Made by a program: the position numbers and the translations under genes. A stretch of 64,000 nucleotides of DNA, taken from assembly GCA_963727485.1 (NCBI GenBank), contig CAVSGM010000002.1:1312001-1376000 (forward strand), read 5' to 3'. The notes beneath the pieces were generated by a model that was given only the letters and a program-made list of their open reading frames with translations, had not been told where the DNA came from and did not search any database. The stretch is from an uncultured delta proteobacterium (GTDB lineage Bacteria; Myxococcota; Myxococcia; SLRQ01). Within the stretch, counting starts at the first letter, position 1. Each line of letters starts with the position of its first letter. This document shows, one piece after another, positions 1 through 8,496 of this stretch.

Positions 1-898
1 GGAAGAAGAGCTTGGGGTCGTCGCTCTCGTCCTCCGGGTACTCCCCGTAGACCATGTAGCTGCCGATGCCGGCGCCGATCCCCGCCCACTCCTTGTAGAA
101 GCCGGCGATGGCCAAGAGGTCGGGGATGTAGACCTTGCTCACGAACTCCTTGGCGCTCCCGATCAGCTGGCGCATGAACTGGAGGGTCGTCATGTTGATC
201 GACCCCTGCTTGTTGGGGTCGACCGGGGTCGCCATCCCGCCCACCAGGAAGCTCTGGAGGTGGGGGTTCTTGCCGCCGAGGACGGCGTGGATGCGGATGA
301 AGTCCCGCTGCCAGTCGAGGGCCTCGAGGTAGTGGGCCACCGCCATCAGGTTCGCCTCCGGCGGCAGCTTGTACGCCGGGTGGCCCCAGTAGGCGCCGGC
401 GAAGGGCCCGAGCTGCCCGGCGTCCACGAACTCCTTGAGCCTCGTCTTCACCCCGGCGAAGTAGCTCTTGGAGCTCTTGGGCCAGTCGGAGAGCGACTGG
501 GCGAGCTGGCTGGTCTTCCCCGGATCCGCGGACAGGGCGCTGACCACGTCCACCCAGTCCAGGGCGTGCAGGTGGTAGAAGTGGATCACGTGGTCCTGGA
601 CCATCTGCGCGGCCATGATCAGGTTGCGCAGGAGCACCGCGTTGGGCGGAGGCTTGGCCCCGATGGCCTTCTCCACCGCCCGGATGGAGGCGATGGCGTG
701 GACGGTGGTGCACACCCCGCAGATGCGCTGGGTGAACACCCAGGCGTCCCTCGGGTCGCGGCCGTTCAGGATCAGCTCGATGCCGCGGAACATGGTGGAC
801 GAGGACCAGGCGTTGGTGACCTTGCCGCCGTTCACCTCGGCCTCGATGCGGAGGTGGCCCTCGATGCGGGTCACCGGGTCGACGACGACGTGGCTCAT
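1..898 (-). CDS. hyaB: Group 1 [NiFe]-hydrogenase large subunit (N-terminal part; runs off the window edge)
   Basis: Manual translation MSHVVVDPVTRIEGHLRIE...FRGIE...TQRICGVCTTVHA (L1 Ni-binding motif)...HFYHLHALDWVD...GGKNPH. ATG overlaps the small-subunit stop (ATGA). Confidence 0.95.
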   Translation of the reverse strand, partial: MSHVVVDPVTRIEGHLRIEAEVNGGKVTNAWSSSTMFRGIELILNGRDPRDAWVFTQRICGVCTTVHAIASIRAVEKAIGAKPPPNAVLLRNLIMAAQMVQDHVIHFYHLHALDWVDVVSALSADPGKTSQLAQSLSDWPKSSKSYFAGVKTRLKEFVDAGQLGPFAGAYWGHPAYKLPPEANLMAVAHYLEALDWQRDFIRIHAVLGGKNPHLQSFLVGGMATPVDPNKQGSINMTTLQFMRQLIGSAKEFVSKVYIPDLLAIAGFYKEWAGIGAGIGSYMVYGEYPEDESDDPKLFF

Positions 899-2043
899 GA
901 CTTGCTCCCGTTCTCAGCGGAGGAAGAGGGGGTCTGGCTCGGAGGCGGCGGGGGCGCCTTGCCCTCGGCGGGTCCCTGCACCACCCGCTTGCCGATCTGC
1001 ACCAGGCCGTGGGCGCCGAAGGCGGCGGCGACGCCGGCGGTGGCCCACATGCCCACCGTGTCCACGCTGGTCCCCACCCCGGCCCCGGGGATCCCGTCGA
1101 GGTGCCGGTAGAAGGGCGTCATGGTGTCCCAGAAGTTCGGCTCGGCGCAGCCCACGCACGGGTGCCCGCAGCCGATGGGCCAGTTGGTGGCCTCGTTCCA
1201 GCGGACGATGGGGCAGTTCTGGTAGGTGACCGGGCCCTTGCAGCCCATCTTGTAGAGGCACTCGCCGTTTCGGTGGGCCTCGTCGCCCCAGGCCTCGACG
1301 TACTGGCCGGCGTCGAAGTGGGCCCGGCGCTCGCAGTTGTCGTGGATCGACTTGCCGTAGGCGAAGAGCGGGCGCTTGTAGGCGTCCAGCGGCGGCCAGC
1401 GCTTGAAGGTCATGTAGTAGACCAGCAGCGCCGTGAGGTTCTCCACGTTGGCCGGGCACGCCGGGAGGTTGATGAGGTTCTTCGCCCCCGGCACCGCGTC
1501 GGCGACCGAGAGGGCGCCGGTGGGGTTGGGGGCGGCGGCGGGGATCCCGCCGTAGGCGGCGCAGGTGCCGATGGCGATGGTCGCCGCGGCGCCGCCGCAG
1601 GTCTCCCGGGCGATCTGCAGGGCCGAGCGCCCGCCGATGGTGCAGTAGGCGCCCCCGGCGCCGGTGGGGATCGAGCCCTCGACCACCACCAGGTACTGGC
1701 CCTGCTTGTTCTTGACCACGCCCTCGAGGGCCGCCTCGGCCTGGTGGCCGGCGGCGGCCATGATGGTCTCGTGGTAGTCGAGGCTGATGGCGTCGAGGAT
1801 CACCTGGGCCGCCGAGGGCCGGCTGGCCCGCAGGAAGCTCTCGGAGTTCCCGGCGCAGTCCTGGAACTCGAGCCAGACCACCGAGGGCTTGGGTCCCTTC
1901 TCCACCGCCTCGGCCATCTGGGCGATGGCCACCTTCGGCAGCGAGAAGTAGGCGGCGACGGCGCCGCAGAACTTCATGAAGTCCCGGCGCGAGAGGTGAT
2001 GCCGCTCGAGCTCCGTCTCCAACCAGCTCTTGGCCTTGCCCAT
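895..2043 (-). CDS. hyaA: Group 1 [NiFe]-hydrogenase small subunit with Tat signal and C-terminal membrane anchor
   Basis: SRRDFMKFC Tat motif; WLEFQDCAGNSES; GTCAAYGG; PACP; HDNCERR...CLYKMGCKGP...NCP...HPCVGC; C-terminal hydrophobic helix with His. Confidence 0.95.
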   Translation of the reverse strand: MGKAKSWLETELERHHLSRRDFMKFCGAVAAYFSLPKVAIAQMAEAVEKGPKPSVVWLEFQDCAGNSESFLRASRPSAAQVILDAISLDYHETIMAAAGHQAEAALEGVVKNKQGQYLVVVEGSIPTGAGGAYCTIGGRSALQIARETCGGAAATIAIGTCAAYGGIPAAAPNPTGALSVADAVPGAKNLINLPACPANVENLTALLVYYMTFKRWPPLDAYKRPLFAYGKSIHDNCERRAHFDAGQYVEAWGDEAHRNGECLYKMGCKGPVTYQNCPIVRWNEATNWPIGCGHPCVGCAEPNFWDTMTPFYRHLDGIPGAGVGTSVDTVGMWATAGVAAAFGAHGLVQIGKRVVQGPAEGKAPPPPPSQTPSSSAENGSKS

Positions 2044-2114
2044 GACACAGTCCCCCTAAGTGAACGACGCCCGTGCCGGCCCCCGAGCCGGCGACGCAGA
2101 ACGCTGGGATTCGG

Positions 2115-2130
2115 AGCATCCGCCGTGCCG
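2115..2130 (-). promoter_or_regulatory. Putative sigma54 promoter of the hydrogenase operon
   Basis: Minus strand CGGCACGGCGGATGCT (GG-N10-GC), ~70 bp upstream of the ATG. Confidence 0.65.
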
Positions 2131-2219
2131 GGATCCGGATCCCCGGAGATGACGCGGGGTTTTTCCCTGGATCCTGATCCCGGCAGGGTGCATTCCCTGC
2201 CGTTGGGGGGCACCGCCCA

Positions 2220-2232
2220 CGCAGCGAATGCG
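2220..2232. promoter_or_regulatory. CGCA-N5-TGCG palindrome (candidate sigma54 activator binding site)
   Basis: CGCAGCGAATGCG ~90 bp upstream of the -24 element; the same motif recurs at other sigma54 promoters in the window. Confidence 0.55.
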
Positions 2233-2300
2233 CGTACCCCGGTTTACCCCGGCGGGCCCCCAGGGGTCCTGCTTCTGCCCCATCGCCCCCGGGAGGCCCC

Positions 2301-3527
2301 TTGCCCATGCGCCTCGTCTGCCTCGTTCTCGCCGTCATCCTGCCCGCTTCCGCGCACGCGGCGCGCCCCGCCGAGGTCCGCCACCTCCTCGACCGGGCGG
2401 GGTTCGGGGCCCCCGAGGCGGAGGTGGCACGGCTGGCCCGGCTCCCCTACCCGGCGGTGGTCGATCACCTCCTCGCCGGCCTGCGCACCGTGGCGGTGAC
2501 GCCCCCGCCGGCGTGGGTGCGGACCCCCCTGCGGCCGACGAGGGGGATGCGCGCCGACCCCATGGCGAGGACGGCGTTCCGGGAGGCCCTGCGCGGCCGG
2601 GACCTCGACCTGAAGCGCTGGTGGTACGGCGAGATGATCCACACCGACTCGCCCCTGACCGAGCGGATGGTGCTGCTCTACCACGGCCTGCTCACCTCGA
2701 GCCTCAAGAAGGTCCGCTCGCCGACGCTGATGTTCCGGCAGAACGCCCTCTTCCGCCGGGAGGCCGGGGGGAACTTCGCCCGGCTGCTCCACGAGATCCT
2801 CCGCGACCCGGCGATGCTGAAGTACCTGGACAACCAGCGCTCGCGGAAGGCCCACCCCAACGAGAACCTCGGCCGCGAGCTGATGGAGCTGTTCACCCTC
2901 GGCGTCGGCCACTACACCGAGGCCGACGTCCACGCGGCGTCGAAGGCGCTCACCGGCTACCAGTTCGATCCCAGGACCTTCGCCTTCCGCTTCCGGCCGC
3001 GCAACCATGACGACACGGTGAAGACCTTCCTCGGTCGGACCGGTGACCTCGACGGCGACGCCATCATCGACCGGATCCTCGCCCAGCCCGCCGCGGCGGT
3101 GCACCTGGTGACCCGGGTGTGGACGACCTTCGTCTCGCCGACCCCGGATCCGAAGGAGGTGGGGCGCCTGGCGGCCCTGCTGGTCCGCGAGCACTGGGAG
3201 CTGAAGCCGCTGTTGCGGGCGGTGTTCCTCTCCCGGGCCTTCCGCGATCCGAAGAACGCCCACGTGCTGGTGAAGTCGCCGGCGGTGCTCCTGGTGGGGA
3301 CCGTCCGCGCCCAGGGCCGGGAGATGAGCGACCTCACCGCCCTGGTGCGCGCCGGCCGGCGCCTGGGTCAGGACCTCTTCGATCCGCCCAACGTCAAGGG
3401 CTGGCCCGGGGGCAACCGGTGGATCGACGCGACCACCCTGCTCGTCCGCCGGCAGATCCTCGCGCGCTTCGCCCGGTCCCGCGCCGAGCGGCAGCGCCTC
3501 CTCGACCCCACCTACCAGCTCGAGTGA
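2301..3527 (+). CDS. DUF1800 family protein, Sec signal peptide (start may be 2307)
   Basis: HLLDRAGFG, LTERMVL, DPAMLKYLDN, PNENLGRELMELFTLG, PPNVKGWPGG..WI motifs; adjacent to DUF1501 as usual. Confidence 0.9.
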   Translation: MPMRLVCLVLAVILPASAHAARPAEVRHLLDRAGFGAPEAEVARLARLPYPAVVDHLLAGLRTVAVTPPPAWVRTPLRPTRGMRADPMARTAFREALRGRDLDLKRWWYGEMIHTDSPLTERMVLLYHGLLTSSLKKVRSPTLMFRQNALFRREAGGNFARLLHEILRDPAMLKYLDNQRSRKAHPNENLGRELMELFTLGVGHYTEADVHAASKALTGYQFDPRTFAFRFRPRNHDDTVKTFLGRTGDLDGDAIIDRILAQPAAAVHLVTRVWTTFVSPTPDPKEVGRLAALLVREHWELKPLLRAVFLSRAFRDPKNAHVLVKSPAVLLVGTVRAQGREMSDLTALVRAGRRLGQDLFDPPNVKGWPGGNRWIDATTLLVRRQILARFARSRAERQRLLDPTYQLE

Positions 3528-3534
3528 GGACGCC

Positions 3535-4752
3535 ATGAACCGCCGCGACTTCCTCGGATCCCTCGCCGTGCTGCCGCTGGGCCTCGCCCTGCCCCGCCTC
3601 GCCCTCGCCGGGCCCGCGGACGCCGGCGACCGCCCCCACCCGGCCGCCGCCCGCCGCCGGGGCCCACGCCGGGGCCGGCACCTCATCCTCGTCGAGCTCA
3701 AGGGCGGCAACGACGGCCTCAACACCGTCATCCCCTACGCCGACCCGGCCTACGCCGCCGCCCGGCCCCACCTTCGGATCCCCGCCGACCAGGTGGTGAG
3801 GCTCGACTCGCACCTGGGCCTCCACCCGGCCCTGGCGCCGCTGATGCCCGCCTGGAAGGCCGGGGACCTGGGGATCGTCCTCGGCGTCGGCTACCCGGAC
3901 CCCAACCGGTCCCACTTCCGCTCCATCGACATCTGGAACACCGGCAGCGGGAGCCACCGCTACCTCGACGCCGGCTGGGTGGATCACGCCCTGGCGCACC
4001 GCCCCCAGCCGACGCGGCGGATCGCCGAGGGGATCGTGGTCGGCCACGGGGGCCTGGGGCCGCTGGCTGGCGGGGACATCCGGTCCCTGGTCCTCGCCCG
4101 GCCCCGGCAGCTCATCCGCCAGGGGGGCCGCCTCGCCGCGCCCACCTCGGTCTCCACCAACCCGGCCCTCGCCCACATCCTCCAGGTGGAGGCCGAGCTG
4201 CGCCACGCCGCCGACGGCCTGCGCACGCGTCTCGAAAGCGCGCCTCCGGTCCCCGAGGCCGCCTTCCCCCACGGGCCCTTCGGCCGGGACCTCCACACCC
4301 TGGCGCGCCTCATCCTCGCCGGGGTCGAGGCCCCGGCGTTCAAGGTGAGCCTCCCGGGCTTCGACACCCACGTCTCCCAGCTCCCGCGCCAGGCGCGGCT
4401 CCTGAAGCTCCTCGCCGACGGCCTCGCCGCCTTCCGGGCGGTGCTGGTCCAGGCGGGCCGGTGGGACCGGGTGGCGATGCTCACCTACTCGGAGTTCGGG
4501 CGCCGGGTCGCCGAGAACGCCAGCGGCGGGACGGACCACGGGACGGCGGCGCCCCACCTGCTCCTCGGCGGCCGGGTCCGCGGCGGGTTCCACGGCAAGC
4601 AGCCCTCGCTCACCCGCCTCGACGCCAACGGCGACCTCGTCCACGGCGTGGACTACCGGGCGGTCTACGACACCCTGGCGCAGCGGTTCTGGGGCCTGGA
4701 GCCGGGGGCGGCCACGGGCAGGCGCTACCCGGCGCTGGCGCTGGTGCGGTGA
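3535..4752 (+). CDS. DUF1501 family protein, Tat signal
   Basis: MNRRDFL; L.GGNDGLNTVIP; GLHP; NRSHF; GFDTH; SEFGRRV.EN..GGTDHG motifs. Confidence 0.92.
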   Translation: MNRRDFLGSLAVLPLGLALPRLALAGPADAGDRPHPAAARRRGPRRGRHLILVELKGGNDGLNTVIPYADPAYAAARPHLRIPADQVVRLDSHLGLHPALAPLMPAWKAGDLGIVLGVGYPDPNRSHFRSIDIWNTGSGSHRYLDAGWVDHALAHRPQPTRRIAEGIVVGHGGLGPLAGGDIRSLVLARPRQLIRQGGRLAAPTSVSTNPALAHILQVEAELRHAADGLRTRLESAPPVPEAAFPHGPFGRDLHTLARLILAGVEAPAFKVSLPGFDTHVSQLPRQARLLKLLADGLAAFRAVLVQAGRWDRVAMLTYSEFGRRVAENASGGTDHGTAAPHLLLGGRVRGGFHGKQPSLTRLDANGDLVHGVDYRAVYDTLAQRFWGLEPGAATGRRYPALALVR

Positions 4753-4769
4753 CGGGCCGATCGGCGGGC

Positions 4770-4800
4770 TTGCCACGTCGACGGCGAGCGCTGCTAGAAT
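4770..4800 (+). promoter_or_regulatory. Putative sigma70-type promoter of hicB
   Basis: TTGCCA-N19-TAGAAT with extended -10 TGn; spacing is longer than ideal. Confidence 0.4.
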
Positions 4801-4850
4801 CGAGACACTTGCTCCTGGCGCGGGAGACGCGTGAGCCCCAAGGTTTCGTC

Positions 4851-5078
4851 ATGCCCCTCGACCACCATCACCAGCTGACTGCGAGCCTCACCCGTGAGGG
4901 AGACTGGTACGTTGCCCAGTGCCTTGAGGTGAACGTAGCCAGCCAGGGGCATGACCCCAAGGAGGCGCTGGACAACCTCCGCCAGGCGCTGGAGCTCTAC
5001 TTCGAAGACCAACCCGAGGATGCCATCCCCCAGGCCGCGGTCATCAGAAGTATCGACCTAGCGCACGACGGCCGTTGA
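4851..5078 (+). CDS. hicB: HicB-family antitoxin (short form, no DNA-binding domain)
   Basis: TREGDWYVAQCLEVNVASQG...EALDNLRQALELYFE is the typical HicB partial RNase H fold. Confidence 0.85.
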   Translation: MPLDHHHQLTASLTREGDWYVAQCLEVNVASQGHDPKEALDNLRQALELYFEDQPEDAIPQAAVIRSIDLAHDGR

Positions 5079-5214
5079 CGCCCCCCGGGAGGCGCGCCGA
5101 CCTCCCCCTGAGCGTGTCTTGTGTTGGGTGTACTCCCACTCGTCATGTTCAGGTGGAATCTTCCGGTTTCCGCGTTGTCTTCTTTGGGAGGTGTTCGGAT
5201 CTCCGGCCGGGAGG

Positions 5215-5254
5215 CCCTAGCGCCTCCGGGCCCTGGGACCCTAGCGCCTCCGGG
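5215..5254 (+). repeat. 16-bp direct repeat x2 (CCCTAGCGCCTCCGGG), 24-bp period
   Basis: Copies at 5215-5230 and 5239-5254; a partial inverted copy lies at ~5081-5095. Confidence 0.85.
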
Positions 5255-5333
5255 GCAGAGGTTCTGCGGCCTCCCCGCCCTCGTTGAACTCCTCGCCAAA
5301 TGACGACAATCTGCACGGCAGGAGGTCACTCTG

Positions 5334-5846
5334 ATGGCGAGGCAGAGTACAGGTGCGACGAAGAAGCAGGCGTCCAAGTCTCGAGCGAGCGGAGGGCGAC
5401 GAGGGCTTGAGGCCAAGTGGTCAAAGGCGGTCATTGAGACCGGCTACACGGTGATCCCCAATGTTCTTCTCCAGGCGCAGTCGCGGCTTGGACTTGATTC
5501 ACTGAACCTGAACCTGATCCTACAGATCGCGAAACACTGGTGGACGGCTGACGAGAATCCCTACCCTGGGCGCGCCCATCTTGCGGAGGTGCTCAACGTT
5601 CACCCTCGAACCGTTCAGCGCCGGTTGCGCGAACTTGAGCAAGCAGGGTTCATTCGCCACCTTGAGCGCCAAGGGGCCGACGGTCGCCAGCTGACGAACG
5701 AGTACGACCTGCGAGGACTCGTGGAGAAGCTCCAGCCGTACGCGGAGGAGATCCTCGAGGCCAAGGACGAGGCCAGGCGCGCAGGACGCCAACGACGGCA
5801 GAAGGGCACCCGCCGGCGGAGAACGCATGGAGGAGATGACCGGTGA
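5334..5846 (+). CDS. Winged helix-turn-helix protein (HTH_36/DnaD-N or replication-initiator-like)
   Basis: GYTVIPNVLL...PYPGRAHLAEVLNVHPRTVQRRLRELEQAGFI; GGAGG RBS; more AT-ending codons than the flanking genes. Confidence 0.75.
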   Translation: MARQSTGATKKQASKSRASGGRRGLEAKWSKAVIETGYTVIPNVLLQAQSRLGLDSLNLNLILQIAKHWWTADENPYPGRAHLAEVLNVHPRTVQRRLRELEQAGFIRHLERQGADGRQLTNEYDLRGLVEKLQPYAEEILEAKDEARRAGRQRRQKGTRRRRTHGGDDR

Positions 5847-6058
5847 GTCTCGTTGGGGTCTCGGGCGCACGCTTGGTGAGGGCCCTGAAGCGCGTTGGGT
5901 TCGTGAAGGCCGGTGGGAAGGGAAGCCACGTCAAGCTCAAGCATCCGAACGGCCGTATCGTCATCGTCCCCATGCATCGTGAGATCGCGCCCGGGACAAT
6001 GAGGAGCATCCTCGGCCAGGCGGGCCTTACCGAAGAAGCGCTGCGCGCTCTCCTGTAG
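5843..6058 (+). CDS. hicA: HicA-family toxin (mRNA interferase)
   Basis: SG..LVRALKRVGF....KGSHVKLKH......IVPMH.EI..GT.RSIL.QAG; catalytic GSH present. Confidence 0.92.
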   Translation: MSLVGVSGARLVRALKRVGFVKAGGKGSHVKLKHPNGRIVIVPMHREIAPGTMRSILGQAGLTEEALRALL

Positions 6059-6080
6059 CCACTCAGACGCGCGTCGCACG

Positions 6081-6914
6081 TCAGAACGGCCGGGTCCTCC
6101 CGATCACCCCGTCGCTCACCACCTTGGCGACGTCGTCGCAGGTGGCGCCGTCGGGGAGCCGGGTCTCGTCGAACCAGCTGCGCTGGGGGTTCGGGTCCGC
6201 GCTGACCGGCGTGGGGCTCGCCAGGAGGCTCGAGGTCGCGCCGATGGTCACCTTCCGGGCGTCGGCGAAGTCGAGGCCGATGACCCGGTCGGCCCCACGC
6301 ACCACGCCCTTGAGGTTGATGCGCCGGCGCTGGACGAAGTAGACGTCGCCGCTGGCGAAGCCCTGGACGTGGGCGGTCATCCCCGCGTGGCCGTCGTGAT
6401 CCATGTCCACCACCCAGTCCTTCGCCGGGGCCTGCTGGAAGCCCGCGGCGTCGGTGGGCAGGTCGGTGTCGTAGGGGTCGGGGAGGCCGGCGAGGCCCCA
6501 GAGCTCGAGGTGGCCGAGGAGGCCGTAGTCGCCGGCGGGGGTCACGGTCACCGAGCGCACCGCCTGGGCGGGGACCCTCCGGCGGGCGGCGTCGGGGATG
6601 GTGGTCTGGGTGCCCATGACCTCCCAGATCTGGCCCCCGCAGAGCTGGTGGGTCTCGTGGTAGGCCTGCGCCTTGGCGTCCCAGGTGCGGGTGACCAGAA
6701 ACCAGCTGTCGCCGCCGCCGGGCTGGGGACCGACGCCGGCGATGGGCACGCCCACCATGGTGGCCACCTCGAGGTAGAGGGCGAAGGTGCCCTTGAGGGC
6801 GCCGGCCTTCACCGGGATCGCGTGGACCCCGATGGTGGCGTTGTAGGCCGGGGCCGGGGGCGCGCCGCAGGCGGCGGTGGCGACGACGAGGGCGAGGACG
6901 TGGAGGAGCCGCAC
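6081..6914 (-). CDS. Hypothetical lipoprotein
   Basis: GTG start, lipobox-like VATAAC, GC3-rich codons, DMDHDGHAG possible Ca-binding loop. Confidence 0.65.
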   Translation of the reverse strand: MRLLHVLALVVATAACGAPPAPAYNATIGVHAIPVKAGALKGTFALYLEVATMVGVPIAGVGPQPGGGDSWFLVTRTWDAKAQAYHETHQLCGGQIWEVMGTQTTIPDAARRRVPAQAVRSVTVTPAGDYGLLGHLELWGLAGLPDPYDTDLPTDAAGFQQAPAKDWVVDMDHDGHAGMTAHVQGFASGDVYFVQRRRINLKGVVRGADRVIGLDFADARKVTIGATSSLLASPTPVSADPNPQRSWFDETRLPDGATCDDVAKVVSDGVIGRTRPF

Positions 6915-6976
6915 CGGGCCAGGATACAACGGGTCGGCCGGGGCGCACGCCTTGCGCTCCGCGGGATCCGTCGGTC

Positions 6977-8317
6977 TCACGCCACGGCCCGGGGCCCCCG
7001 GCCCAGGGGGAAGCCGCAGGCGGGGATGGCGTCGCCGGGGATTGCCCGGGAGACCAGGAAGCCCTGGGCGTAGTCGCAGCCCTGGCGCGCCAGCATCCCC
7101 AGGTGGGTCCCGGTCTCCACCCCCTCGGCCACCACCTCGAGATCCAGGGCGTGGGCGAGGTCGACCACCGCCCGGGCGATGGCGGCGTCGGCGGGGTCGT
7201 CGGCCATCCCCCGGACGAAGCTCTGGTCGAGCTTGAGGAGATCCACCGGGAAGCGCTTGAGGTAGGCGAGCGACGCGTAGCCGGTGCCGAAGTCGTCGAT
7301 CACCAGGCCCATCCCCAGGGCCTTGAGGCCGGTGAGGGTGGCGACGGTGGTCTCGTCGGTGCCGAGGACCACGCTCTCGGTGACCTCGAGCTGGAGGAGG
7401 CCGGGGTCGACGCCGGTCTCCTCGACCACCCGGGCCACGGTGGCCACCAGCCCCGGCTGGCGCACCTGGAGGGCCGAGAGGTTCACCGCCAGCTGGAGGT
7501 CGGGGAGGCCGGCGTCGTGCCAGCGGCGCCACTGGGTGCAGGCGGCCCGGAGCACCCACTCCCCGAGGGGGACGATGAGGCCGGTCTGCTCGGCGACGGG
7601 GATGACCTCCGCCGGGGACACCTCGCCGAGCTCGGGGTCGGTCCAGCGCAGCAGCGCCTCGACGCCGACCACCCGGCCGGTGCGCAGGTCGAGCTGGGGC
7701 TGGTAGTGGACGTCGAGGGCCTCCTCGGCGATGGCCCGGCGCAGGTGGCTCTCCCGGAGGAAGCGCTGGAGGCCCTCCTGGGCGAGCTCGGCGGACCAGA
7801 AGCGCCAGCCCCCGCCCTGGGCCCGGGCGCGCTGGCCCGCGGCGCCGGCGTGGCGGACGAGCCGGGCGACGTCGGCGCCGTCCTCGGGGTGGACCGCGAC
7901 CCCGAGGCTCACGCCCACCGCCACCTCCTGCCCCGCGACGCGCACCGGCCGGGTCACCGCCCGGGTGATCTTCCCGGCGAGGGTGGCCAGCCCGGTGCGG
8001 CTCTCGGCGCCGTCCACCAGCACCACCAGGGCGTTGCCCCCGAGGCGGGCGACCACGTCGGACCCGCGCACCGTCTCCGCCATCCGTGCCGCGGCGGCGT
8101 CGACCACCGCCTCACCCACGTCGTAGCCAAGGGTGGTGCTCACCCGGGCGAGGCGGTCGAGGGTCACCACCAGCACCGCCACCCGCTCGCCCTGGCGATC
8201 GGCCCGGGCGAGGGCGTGGCGGGCGAGGTGCTCGAAGATCCGGCGGTCGGGCACCGCATGGGCGACCGGGGGCGGCGGAGCGGACGTCGGGCGTCTTGGC
8301 GGCTGTGGTGTCGTCAC
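6977..8317 (-). CDS. Degenerate GGDEF + intact EAL c-di-GMP phosphodiesterase
   Basis: GGDEF position reads RLGGNAL; the EAL domain has YQPQ, VEALLRW, AVNLS, LEVTE, IDDFGTGY, LKLDQSF, AEGVE. Confidence 0.88.
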   Translation of the reverse strand: MTTPQPPRRPTSAPPPPVAHAVPDRRIFEHLARHALARADRQGERVAVLVVTLDRLARVSTTLGYDVGEAVVDAAAARMAETVRGSDVVARLGGNALVVLVDGAESRTGLATLAGKITRAVTRPVRVAGQEVAVGVSLGVAVHPEDGADVARLVRHAGAAGQRARAQGGGWRFWSAELAQEGLQRFLRESHLRRAIAEEALDVHYQPQLDLRTGRVVGVEALLRWTDPELGEVSPAEVIPVAEQTGLIVPLGEWVLRAACTQWRRWHDAGLPDLQLAVNLSALQVRQPGLVATVARVVEETGVDPGLLQLEVTESVVLGTDETTVATLTGLKALGMGLVIDDFGTGYASLAYLKRFPVDLLKLDQSFVRGMADDPADAAIARAVVDLAHALDLEVVAEGVETGTHLGMLARQGCDYAQGFLVSRAIPGDAIPACGFPLGRGPRAVA

Positions 8318-8496
8318 GTGTGGAGCGCCCTCGCTCCCCCCATGGCCGTGGGTGGGGTGCACGCCCCGTGCCCGGGATCGACGCGCCGCGGCGTCGCGCG
8401 AGTGCCCCGTGGTGTCGCAGGTTCGCGTGAGGGGCGCCGGCCCGGAGGCGCAGCTTCTGCGAATGGGGTGCAGGCTGCGCGCAAGGGCTTGCGCCG

